Below, piece by piece: positions 1 through 9,722 of a stretch of 32,122 nucleotides of DNA. The position numbers were made by a program, and so were the translations under genes. Every line of letters starts with the position of its first letter. Within the stretch, counting starts at the first letter, position 1. The DNA is from Macrostomum lignano (taxonomy: Eukaryota): NCBI GenBank assembly GCA_002269645.1, contig NIVC01003386.1, forward strand, positions 1 to 32,122, in the 5' to 3' direction. Below the pieces are notes generated by a model, which saw only the letters and a list, made by a program, of their open reading frames with translations, did not search any database and had not been told where the DNA came from.

Positions 1-198
1 GTGCATAGGCCAGCACAGCATGCACAGTACACAACAAATATGCCTTAAAAGCTTTGGTTGAACGTTGAACACAGGAACCCTAGCTCATTCTGTAAATTTT
101 GTTTTCAAATTACATACAAGCTCGAATTAATATTAACAAACGTCGATTTTTCTACGTGCAATGTTATTAAAAACACCTCGTTTTAAAAGCTTTCAATT

Positions 199-720
199 GA
201 TACACTCCCATTTGACTCTGTATCGGGAGGCGCTTCGGGAGGGATTGGGTCTTAGCGCGGAGAAGCGAGAGCTCGAGAGCGCGCTTTCCTGCCGGTTAGC
301 CCGATGATTTTGTAAGCTTTTGGCCCGGCTAGCCGGTTGTCGTCGGGTGACCATGGACAAATTCGGCGAAAGCAAATTCGCTGACAATCTCGTCAAATTC
401 AGCGACGGAATAATTCTGTATAATCTTATTAATTATTTTGGTACAATAGTATTAGGTTATGCATATTAGCTTTCCTTTTTAATTGAATTTGTTTTATCCA
501 TTATTTATCCTGAACTTTAATTCAAATGTGCTTTCCAAGAAGGAGAGGAAAGGAAAGAGGAGAATGGAGAAGGGAGAGAGTAGAGAGAGGAGGAGATAAA
601 AGAGAGAGAGAGAGAGAGAGATATGATAAATTTATATTTTCTATTCAATGTAAAAATAAAAAAAATTCAGTTTAAGAGGGAGGCGCATGTTCTATGCGCC
701 TCCCCCTAAATCTACCACTG
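199..720 (-). mobile_element. Possible non-autonomous Helentron/DINE-like element
   Basis: 11-bp perfect hairpin GGGAGGCGCAT-gttct-ATGCGCCTCCC (678-704) next to the end motif CCTAAATCTACCACTG. A second GGGAGGCGC at 225-233 is inverted relative to 696-704. There is a small stem GATACA/TGTATC (199-224) and an internal GA-rich microsatellite (~540-620). No coding capacity. Confidence 0.4.
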
Positions 721-1427
721 ATGGATATCCTATCTTAATCTTATCTATGGTATAATATCCTATTCTTATGCCCCTAACTTATAAAACGTTTATCAAACAA
801 AGATGGAAAATTATATTGAATATAATTAAAAGCTTTAACACTAATAAGAATAATCTAGATGACCTCTTCATACAATATTTAGCCATGAGACAAATATAGT
901 ATTTGTCATTTAAATTACAAATACTTTAAAATTTTATTATAAATCTACCATAAATATGCAACCATGGGATTTATTTAGGGCTTTCTCTATTTGCAACATA
1001 CATACAAAAGTTGCTATCTATTGGTCAAAATAGTGGTTAATAGCTTTATTTTTGTTTTGCAAATAGATTTTTGTTTCTTGACATTTTAAAATTGATACAA
1101 AGAGAGAGCTAAGAATCCTATATACTCATTTTTTAAAAATACTAAACTTGGCTATTATAGATAGCATAAATCCTAAGCAAAGGTGTTCCAATCTGCTTAA
1201 TATTTAAAATTATTATCAGCCCTATATTGATTTTTTGCATTCTAATTTGGATGAAAAGATAAGCTGACAAAATATAATGTTTTATGGATTTTTTATGTTT
1301 TTGCTTATTCCACAATCTATTACTTATATGAACCAGTTTTTTATTTATAAACACTTATGGCAATAATCTATTCTTTTCCATAAAAATATTTATCAATGTT
1401 ACTTTTTTCATGACATAATTGGCAGTC

Positions 1428-1631
1428 ATGTTGAAGTTTGGTAGGCACAAATCACCAAAGGATCTGGTAGTGCATCTGTATGCCAGCCTATGTGCGCTTG
1501 ATGAAGCCAATGCAACTGCTAGCAAACGATTGGAGAAGGACATTAAGAAGGCCTAGGAGGAGGTGGCCAAATCTTTGACTGGCCTGAAGTCTCTTTTAAC
1601 TGAACGTGCTGAGCATGGGCATGGCTCAAAG
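1428..1631 (+). CDS. CAB39: MO25/CAB39-like protein, exon 1 (contains in-frame TAG at 1554-1556)
   Basis: Manual translation MLKFGRHKSPKDLVVHLYASLCALDEANATASKRLEKDIKKA*EEVAKSLTGLKSLL matches the MO25 N-terminus (FGKSHKSPADIVK...KAxEEVSKNL). Donor AAG|GTTTGT at 1631/1632, phase 0. Confidence 0.8.
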
Positions 1632-1662
1632 GTTTGTGTGACAATTATTAAATGGTCCTTTA

Positions 1663-2035
1663 GTGGGTGTGGGTGGGCTGCTACCTCCCTATGTGTGCCT
1701 TTGGCGGGGTGGGTGGGCTGCTGCCTCCCCGTGTGTGCCTTTGGCGGGTGTGGGTGGGGCTGCTGCCTCCCTATGTGTGCCTTTGGCGGGTGTGGGTGGG
1801 GCTGCTGCCTCCCTATGTGTGCCTTTGGCGGGTGTGGGTGGGGCTGCTGCCTCCCTATGTGTGCCTTTGGCGGGTGTGGGTGGGGCTGCTACCTCCCTAT
1901 GTGTGCCTTTGGTGGGTGTGGGTGGGGCTGCTGCCTCCCTATGTGTGCCTTTGGCGGGTGTGGGTGGGGCTGCTGCCTCCCTATGTGTGCCTTTGGCGGG
2001 TGTGGGTGGGGCTGCTGCCTCCCCGTGTGTGCCTT
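1663..2035. repeat. 42-bp G-rich minisatellite, about 9 copies, in MO25 intron 1
   Basis: Unit GGGCTGCTGCCTCCCTATGTGTGCCTTTGGCGGGTGTGGGTG; explains the repetitive ORFs at 1563-2149. Confidence 0.95.
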
Positions 2036-2103
2036 TTTGCCCCACCGGAAACAGCTATCCCACAAGCAGAGCAGCTAGCTGCACTTTCCAACCCACCCCG
2101 CAG

Positions 2104-2411
2104 GAGTCTGATGCCAACTTGGAGAAGTTGCGAATCAGCGAGGCACTGACCGAAGTGGCGCACGAAATGTTCTGCAACGAGCACCGGACCGCGATCCCAA
2201 TGCTGCTGGAAAATATTGACAAGATCGACTTTGTGAGTGCCAAGTTTGTTGAGCACCTGTTCACCCTGCTGATGTCGAAGAGGATCGAAGACAAGTATCC
2301 AGCTGTCGACTACATCACAAGGAACATGTCCGTGCTATACATGCTGGTCGATGGCTACCAGAATCCTGAGCACGCTGTCAGCTTCGGTGGCATGTTGCGC
2401 GAGGCTTGCAG
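2104..2411 (+). CDS. CAB39: MO25/CAB39-like protein, exon 2
   Basis: Acceptor CCCCGCAG|GAG. Reads ...IDKIDF...AVDYI...LVDGYQNPEHAVSFGGMLREACR, like MO25 IDFEGKK...TVEYI...[20 protein letters not shown]. Donor CAG|GTCAGT, phase 2. Confidence 0.85.
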
Positions 2412-2925
2412 GTCAGTGCGTTCGGCTTAGTATTTGAGCTGGCTAGTTAGTGTTTTGGTAGGGCTTCCGGCTCTCTGGGAATCTCGTCTTTAATTCCATC
2501 GTTGCTACCCAATTTTTTTTTCAAGAGTTCTCTTGTAACTTTTTAATAACAACTCAAATGCATCTAATGCGTGAGCTGTACGTGAGCTGTACCACAGAAT
2601 CGTAAAAGAATCGTCCAAGAATCGTTGTGTTGGCGCTTAACTGTCTACTAACTCAGTAGGCTAGTTGGAGTGTTCACGGCACCAAACAATCTTACTTATA
2701 TATTTGAATAAAAGAAAGGTAAATGTAACCGAGAAGGTAACCGCAAACAGTTTGAGCTGTCTCACAAATATTGTGTTACTCATATAACGGCATGTAGTCC
2801 TACGTATATGTATAAAAAATTCCCTAATCTAAAGTATACGGTGTAATTCTACTAACATAGAATAGAATTCTACTGTCTCAGTGTGTGAGCCGGGTGTTAT
2901 CAAGTGCTGCCAATTCACCAAACAG

Positions 2926-3163
2926 ACACGAGAAGATCGCCGAGATTTTCCTGCACGATGCCCGGTTCTACAGCCTGTTCTCTCACGTACACGGCACAGC
3001 ATTTGACATCAGCTCGGACGGCTTCACCACCCTGAGGGACCTGCTCACCAGGCACAAGCCGATGGTGGCCAGATTTCTAGACGAGAATTTCGACCAGTTC
3101 TTTGAAAATTACCGCGGTCTGGTAGAGTCTGACAACTACGTAACTAGGAGGCAGGCGCTTAAG
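2926..3163 (+). CDS. CAB39: MO25/CAB39-like protein, exon 3
   Basis: Acceptor AAACAG|A completes Arg. Reads HEKIAEIFLH...FDISSDGFTTLRDLLTRHK...SDNYVTRRQALK. Donor AAG|GTGAGG. Confidence 0.92.
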
Positions 3164-3326
3164 GTGAGGCTTGATGTGGGTCATGTGACTGACTGCTAGC
3201 TCAGTCTGTTGCTAGTAGCAACGGCCTGCTCAGGAGTCAGCGGAATTTGCAGAATTGCCTCAGCGCTCATTGATAATGCTTTTTTTTAATCCTAAAGACC
3301 CTGGCAACAAAAACTTTGGTTTGTAG

Positions 3327-3470
3327 TTGCTGGGCGAAATTCTGTTGGATCGGCACAACTACGGCATAATGACTCGGTATATTGCTAGCGCTGAGCATCT
3401 CAAGCTGATTATGAACGCGCTCAAGAGCCGGCAAAAGCAAATCGCATTCGAGGCATTCCACTGCTTCAAG
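3327..3470 (+). CDS. CAB39: MO25/CAB39-like protein, exon 4 (absent from ORF track)
   Basis: Acceptor TTTGTAG|TTG. Reads [48 protein letters not shown]. Donor AAG|GTATGT; 144 nt, phase 0/0. Confidence 0.93.
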
Positions 3471-3552
3471 GTATGTTTTCCGATTGCAGTCACCGGGTCA
3501 AGGTAGCGCTTTGTAGAGTGGGTCAGTAGACCATTTTCGTGTAAGTCGAGCT

Positions 3553-4825
3553 TGACAGGCATCAGTGTAGTGAGTCAGCATGACAGGCATCAGTGTAGTG
3601 AGTCAGCATGACAGGCATCAGTGTAGTGAGTCAGCATGACAGGCATCAGTGTAGTGAGTCAGCATGGCACTCATCAGTGTGAGTGAGTGAGTCAGCATGG
3701 CAAGCATCAGTGTGAGTGAGTGAGTCAGCATGGCAATCATCAGTGTGTGTGAGTCAGCATGGCAAGCATCAGTGTGAGTGAGTGAGTCAGCATGGCACTC
3801 ATCAGTGTGAGTGAGTGAGTCAGCATGGCAATCATCAGTGTGTGAGTGAGTCAGCATGGCAGGCATCAGTGTGAGTGAGTGAGTCAGCATGGCAGGCATC
3901 AGTGTGAGTGAGTGAGTCAGCATGGCACTCATCAGTGTGAGTGAGTGAGTCAGCATGGCAATCATCAGTGTGAGTGAGTGAGTCAGCATGGCACTCATCA
4001 GTGTGAGTGAGTCAGCATGGCAAGCATCAGTGTGAGTGAGTGAGTCAGCATGGCAAGCATCAGTGTGAGTGAGTGAGTCAGCATGGCAAGCATCAGTGTG
4101 AGTGAGTGAGTCAGCATGGCACTCATCAGTGTGAGTGAGTGAGTCAGCATGGCAATCATCAGTGTGAGTGAGTGAGTCAGCATGGCAATCATCAGTGTGA
4201 GTGAGTGAGTGAGTCAGCATGACAATCATCAGTGTGAGTGAGTCAGCATGGCAATCATCAGTGTGAGTGAGTGAGTCAGCATGGCAATCATCAGTGTAAG
4301 TGAGTCAGCATGGCAAGCATCAGTGTGAGTGAGTGAGTCAGCATGGCAAGCATCAGTGTGAGTGAGTGAGTCAGCATGGCAAGCATCAGTGTGAGTGAGT
4401 GAGTCAGCATGGCACTCATCAGTGTGAGTGAGTGAGTCAGCATGGCAATCATCAGTGTGAGTGAGTGAGTCAGCATGGCAATCATCAGTGTGAGTGAGTG
4501 AGTCAGCATGGCAATCATCAGTGTGAGTGAGTCAGCATGGCAATCATCAGTGTGAGTGAGTGAGTCAGCATGGCAATCATCAGTGTGAGTGAGTCAGCAT
4601 GGCAATCATCAGTGTGAGTGAGTCAGCATGGCAATCATCAGTGTGAGTGAGTGAGTCAGCATGGCAATCATCAGTGTGAGTGAGTCAGCATGGCAATCAT
4701 CAGTGTGAGTGAGTGAGTCAGCATGGCACTCATCAGTGTGAGTGAGTCAGCATGGCAATCATCAGTGTGAGTGAGTGAGTCAGCATGGCACTCATCAGTG
4801 TGAGTGAGTCAGCATGGCAATCATT
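3553..4825. repeat. 28-33-bp minisatellite, about 40 copies, filling MO25 intron 4
   Basis: Unit ATCAGTG(TGAG)nTCAGCATGGCAATC with a variable number of TGAG tetramers. Confidence 0.95.
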
Positions 4826-4850
4826 ATTCAGTGCTCAACAACCCGCCCAG

Positions 4851-5060
4851 GTATTCGTGGCGAATCCGAACAAGCCCCGCTCGGTGCAGAACATCCTGGT
4901 GCAGAATCAGGACAAGCTGGTTGACTTTCTGCAGAACTTCCAGACGGACAGGCAGCATGACAGCCAGTTTAACGACGAGAAGCAGTACTTGATGAAGGAG
5001 ATTCGAGACATGCGACCGCTGCCTCCGCCGCCAAAAGCCGTCGTCTCGGGGTCAAGCTAG
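4851..5060 (+). CDS. CAB39: MO25/CAB39-like protein, exon 5 (terminal)
   Basis: Acceptor CCGCCCAG|GTA. Reads VFVANPNKPRSVQNILVQNQDKLVDFL...QFNDEKQYLMKEIRDM, then TAG. The spliced CDS totals 1104 nt (367 aa if the internal TAG is read as sense). Confidence 0.93.
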   Translation, partial: VFVANPNKPRSVQNILVQNQDKLVDFLQNFQTDRQHDSQFNDEKQYLMKEIRDMRPLPPPPKAVVSGSS

Positions 5061-6663
5061 TAGCTGAACTTTCTACTTTTATTAGTTAATATGCTAAATT
5101 TTGTTTTACTGAATACTGAATTTAACGCTGGTGAAAATTCAAGACTTTGTAAGTACTGATTTCCAAATGAGCCTCGGTTCCTGTACACATTTAGCGATTC
5201 AACTTCGGATTGACTGGAGTTTAATGTGCCCGTCTGTTTTTTTATTCGAACTTTGTCATTTTTAGCTTCTAGCTGACGAATGTGCTTAAACCAATCGGAA
5301 CAGCCTATGACCTGAGGGGAGTGCCAACATTTCAGGAACTGGATGTTTAAATTTACTCGTATTTTATGCCTGACCCCTTCACTGGCATTGGATCAATTGT
5401 ATATTATAGTATCGATAGTAGACTATTATATTTTGCGTCGCATATATTCATCAAATCATTTTCGGCGTTGTGATATTTTGTTCTTGCGTTAGCGCCCCAT
5501 CTGGCTAGAGACAACGAAATTAGTTTTTACTTTGTTTTTTTTATACGATTAGCCTTTGTCTACTAGTTGTATACTAGCTCGTGTTTTTATATTGTATTAT
5601 ATTGAATAGTACCCATAAGACTATAAGGTATGATTCATGTTCATAAAATTGTTGCCGTATGGCTGCGAGCACCCTGGCGCAACGCCTTTGGCGACACGAT
5701 CGTCCCGCAACCAGCGCTGGCGGCAACTCCGCCCATCCCGCGGACTCCTGAGCTATTGTCAGACATGTACACTCTCTGTGCCTGGGGGTTGGCCCTCATG
5801 AGTGTGGCAGGAATCGAACTAGGGGCCGTGACGCTTGAGACGCGTTTACTGATGATTGGCTGTTTAAGGTGGAAGTGAAAAAACATCGGAATTTTAATTC
5901 AACCCTATTTTATAAAATTTTTGGTTGACCGTTTAACTGCTGGAGTTAAATCTACATTATTCTGGGTAAAAATATTGGTAGTACTACTGTTAGTAACTCC
6001 TGTCTCGTATTATACCCGTAAGAGTCCAAAAATGTAAGTTTATAACTTCCTCATTGACAATGACATTAGCTATAGCTGTTTTGGCTTTGCACTGTTAACT
6101 TTCGTCCGATTTTGCTCTTCCTGATTGTTTTACAGAATGCTGTTATTAGCGCTAACAAATTACCTGTAGGCCTTGTGTAGATTCCCATTTGGTTTTTTAA
6201 CTGATATTGATGATGAACACTTTCACCTCGCAGATGAGGTGGCGTAGCCTTGATATTTTTTTAATATAAAAAATTATTTTATTCGCTTTTTTCTACTGTT
6301 TCTTATATGCTTGTTGTTGAAGTCTATTCTTCCTCTGCCTTATTGATAATTTGATATTGATAGTGGAAGAACACTGCAAGATGAATTGTTTCAATACTGC
6401 AGGCTTCATTCTCGAATCAAATTTAAATCTGCGACAAATACTTCATAACAACAGTTCATTATAAAGCTGGTTAAATATATTTCTAATATTGCCTCAAAAA
6501 TCAACTATTACAAGCAGCTCAAAAACAAACTACAATATTTGTACTGAAAAAAACAAAAAGAAAAAGCAAACATTGTTAATTGCAACTATTTGGAGTTGAA
6601 ATTCTCATAAATACAACCTCTTACATTGAAAATCTGTGTCTGCAAACACTTAGATCTCAAAGT

Positions 6664-7026
6664 ACTCTGTCAGAACTAGATTCACTCTGTCAGAACTAGA
6701 TTCACTCTGTCAGAACTGGATGCAGTCTGTCAGAACTAGATGCAGTCTGTCAGAACTAGATGCAGTCTGTCAGAACTAGAAGCAGTCTGTCAGAACTAGA
6801 AGCACTCTGTCAGAACTAGAAGCAGTCTGTCAGAACTAGATGCACCTTGTCAGAACTAGAAGCACTCTGTCAGAACTAGAAGCAGTCTGTCAGAACTAGA
6901 TGCACCTTGTCAGAACTAGAAGCACTCTGTCAGAACTAGAAGCACTCTGTCAGAACTAGATGCACCCTGTCAGAACTAGAAGCACTCTGTCAGAACTAGA
7001 TGCACCCTGTCAGAACTAGAAGCACT
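6664..7026. repeat. 20-bp minisatellite, about 18 copies, downstream of SPO11
   Basis: Unit CTGTCAGAACTAGA(A/T)GCA(C/G)T. Confidence 0.95.
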
Positions 7027-7130
7027 TAGGCCAGTTTGACATCAAAACAAAAAACTGCATGAACATTAAACATGTTCAGCGCAAACCGCGGTCACAGATA
7101 GTGCAACTGCTGAGCGGACGCCCTACGAAC

Positions 7131-7871
7131 CTATTCAGCTATTGACATGCCCTCCTCCCCCAGGCGGGCCGGCAGGTACTCAGACGCCAGGTAATCGGCG
7201 CCCATCTCGTACAGGGCTTCGATCTCGCACTTCCAGCCCAGCCGGCGCAGCTCGGCGGCCTCGCCAGCCAGTCCGGGCACCCGGCCGGCCAGGGAGTCGA
7301 GTCGGCGACAATCGGCCGACGTCAGCGGCAGCCGGTGCGCCGCCGGCGGCATCAGGCGGCCGAGATCCAGCGGGCGCAGGCCGAGGAGCCGCATGCCGGG
7401 CAGCGGGGCAGCCAGGTAGCAGGCGAAGATCTCCAGGCCGTAGGGATCGGCGTCCATCAGGGCGAAGACCGGTACGGCGTGGCCAAGCAGGCTGCTCAGC
7501 CTGGCGAGGAACTCCCGCGCCGCCAGCTCCGGGAAGCCGCGCGAGGTCAGCAGGAGCGGCGTGCCGAATCGCTGCGACAGGGCGGTCCGACGCTCCACGA
7601 GGTGCTGGAAGACGGCGTCCTTCTCCACCACCAGGATATAGTCGGCGTCGCAATGAACCTCCGCGATGCGCCGGAGGTCGCCTGGCAGCAGTTTGGGCTC
7701 GGCGGAGCAGTCAATAAGGGCGCCTCCGCCGGTGGATGCGGACGCCTCCGAGTGCAGGCAGATGCGGCAGTTGCCGAAGAGGGAGGTCTTGGAGGCGGCG
7801 ATCACGTTCAGATCCCAGCGCGGCCTGTCCAGCTCCTGGCACAGGCGGTCGAGACGGTTGTCGAGGGCTCG
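7131..7871 (-). CDS. SPO11: Meiotic topoisomerase VI A-like protein SPO11, exon 2
   Basis: Minus-strand acceptor CGTTAG|CGA, phase 0. Reads RALDNRLDRLCQELDRPRWDLNVIAASK..., Toprim motifs ILVVEKDAVFQHL and LMDADPYGLEI, C-terminal KCEIEAL, stop TAG at 7133-7131. Confidence 0.93.
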   Translation of the reverse strand, partial: RALDNRLDRLCQELDRPRWDLNVIAASKTSLFGNCRICLHSEASASTGGGALIDCSAEPKLLPGDLRRIAEVHCDADYILVVEKDAVFQHLVERRTALSQRFGTPLLLTSRGFPELAAREFLARLSSLLGHAVPVFALMDADPYGLEIFACYLAAPLPGMRLLGLRPLDLGRLMPPAAHRLPLTSADCRRLDSLAGRVPGLAGEAAELRRLGWKCEIEALYEMGADYLASEYLPARLGEEGMSIAE

Positions 7872-7982
7872 CTAACGCGGGTATTGAGGGAGGGCCAGAT
7901 GAGATTCAACCATAGGGACTTAATAATAATGATTTTTGTCTGAGGGATAGCGGTTCTCTAAAGGCTATTAGGGCCTCTGAAG

Positions 7983-8794
7983 GGTGTCGGGTGGATTTCT
8001 GAGTGGTGTCGGGTGGGTTTCTGAGTGGTGTCGGGTGGGTTTCTGAGTGGTGTCGGGTGGGTTTCTGAGTGGTGTCGGGTGGATTTCTGAGTGGTGTCGG
8101 GTGGGTTTCTGAGTGGTGTCGGGTGGGTTTCTGAGTGGTGTCGGGTGGGTTTCTGAGTGTGTCGGGTGGGTTTCTGAGTTGTGTCGGGTGGGTTTCTGAG
8201 TTGTGTCGGGTGGGTTTCTGACTGTTGTCGGGTGGGTTTCTGAGTTGTGTCGGGTGGGTTTCTGAGTGTTGTCGGGTGGGTTTCTGAGTGGTGTCGGGTG
8301 GGTTTCTGAGTGGTGTCGGGTGGGTTTCTGAGTGTTGTCGGGTGGGTTTCTGAGTGTGTCGGGTGGGTTTCTGAGTGGTGTCGGGTGGGTTTCTGAGTGG
8401 TGTCGGGTGGGTTTCTGAGTGTTGTCGGGTGGGTTTCTGAGTTGTGTCGGGTGGGTTTCTGAGTGTTGTCGGGTGGGTTTCTGAGTGGTGTCAGGTGGGT
8501 TTCTGAGGAGTGTCGGTGGGTTTCTGAGTTGTGTCGAGTGGGTTTCTGAGGAGTGTCGGTGGGTTTCTGAGTGGTGTCGAGTGGGTTTCTGAGGAGTGTC
8601 GGGTGGGTTTCTGAGTGGTGTCGGGTGGGTTTCTGAGTGTTGTCGGGTGGGTTTCTGAGTGGTGTCGGCCTGTCGGGTGGGTTTCTGAGTGTTGTCGGGT
8701 GGGTTTCTGAGTGGTGTCGGGTGGGTTTCTGAGGAGTGTCGGTGGGTTTCTCAGGAGTGCTGGTGGGTTTCTGAGTGGTGTCGGTTGGGTTTCT
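7983..8794. repeat. About 22-bp minisatellite, about 37 copies, in the SPO11 intron
   Basis: Unit GGTGTCGGGTGGGTTTCTGAGT with 21-23-bp variants. Confidence 0.95.
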
Positions 8795-8983
8795 GTTTAA
8801 GGATCTCTGAACGACGTTAGCAGGTTCTGAATCAGGTCGGATGAGTCAGAGAGTCTCTTGACAGTAAAAGTGCACTCTCTGCCGGTCTCTGGTCGTACAA
8901 AGGTGGAGCTTCACAATCTTTCAAAGTTCAAACTGCAACTTTTAATACTGCCTAATGCAAAACAAAAGATACCAGTGACCAAC

Positions 8984-9253
8984 CTGGCAGCCCCAGAACT
9001 GCGGATCTAAGTAGTAAAGATCGCGCTTGGTAGCCACAGAGCCGGACAGCACCAGCGACTGCACCAGCGCTAGCAGGCGGGCCCGTTTGGCCAGGGCGCT
9101 GGCGCGGGCGCGAGCCGAGCCTCTTCCCCGGTCAGGCCGCCTAGACAAAATCGGCTGCCTGCCAGCCAGCAGGTCCTCGACCGCGGCCGACACCAGGGCC
9201 TCGATTTGGCTGGCCACAGATGCTGGGTCGCTATTGTTTGCTGGGGCTGACAT
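8984..9253 (-). CDS. SPO11: SPO11 exon 1 (winged-helix region with catalytic Tyr motif)
   Basis: ATG at 9253. Contains ATKRDLYY followed by FWGCQ. Donor CAG|GTTGGT, phase 0. The spliced product is 336 aa. Confidence 0.9.
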
Positions 9254-9394
9254 GCCGATGATTAGAAGTGCAATGCTGCAAGTAAATCGATCATGTGTAC
9301 AGTGAACTCTAAATTAAATGCAAGGAGTCTCCGCTGCTTAACTGTTCGGCGTATCCAAGCTGCAGTATTTCTGATTATAACTAGTGAATCCCCT

Positions 9395-9722
9395 ACAACT
9401 CCGGGCGTCACTCCACAACTGGTTCAAGATCAGGGCGTCACTCCACAACTGGTTCAAGATCAGGGCGTCACTCCACAACTGGTTCAAGATCAGGGCGTCA
9501 CTCCACAACTGGTTCAAGATCAGGGCGTCACTCCACAACTGGTTCAAGATCAGGGCGTCACTCCACAACTGGTTCAAGATCAGGGCGTCACTCCACAACT
9601 GGTTCAAGATCAGGGCGTCACTCCACAACTGGTTCAAGATCAGGGCGTCACTCCACAACTGGTTCAAGATCAGGGCGTCACTCCACAACTGGTTCAAGAT
9701 CAGGGCGTCACTCCACAACTCA
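9395..9722. repeat. 30-bp near-perfect minisatellite, about 10.5 copies, upstream of SPO11
   Basis: Unit CAGGGCGTCACTCCACAACTGGTTCAAGAT; internal copies are identical. Confidence 0.95.

Noticed and set aside
1563-2149. Cys/Gly-rich keratin-associated or metallothionein-like ORFs
   Set aside because: Translations of the 42-bp intronic repeat, bounded by valid MO25 splice sites.
3618-4518. His/Asp-rich repeat ORFs on the minus strand
   Set aside because: Antisense translations of the MO25 intron 4 minisatellite.
5630-5886. GC-rich patch with a B-box-like GTTCGATTC on the minus strand (5811-5819) and short ORFs
   Set aside because: No convincing A-box, cloverleaf or tail, and no protein motif. 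May be a decayed repeat but cannot be supported.
7142-7943. Long plus-strand ORFs
   Set aside because: Antisense shadows of the GC-rich SPO11 exon 2.
9395-9722. CRISPR-like 30-bp repeats
   Set aside because: Head-to-tail units without unique spacers, no cas genes, eukaryotic context; the same applies to the other arrays.
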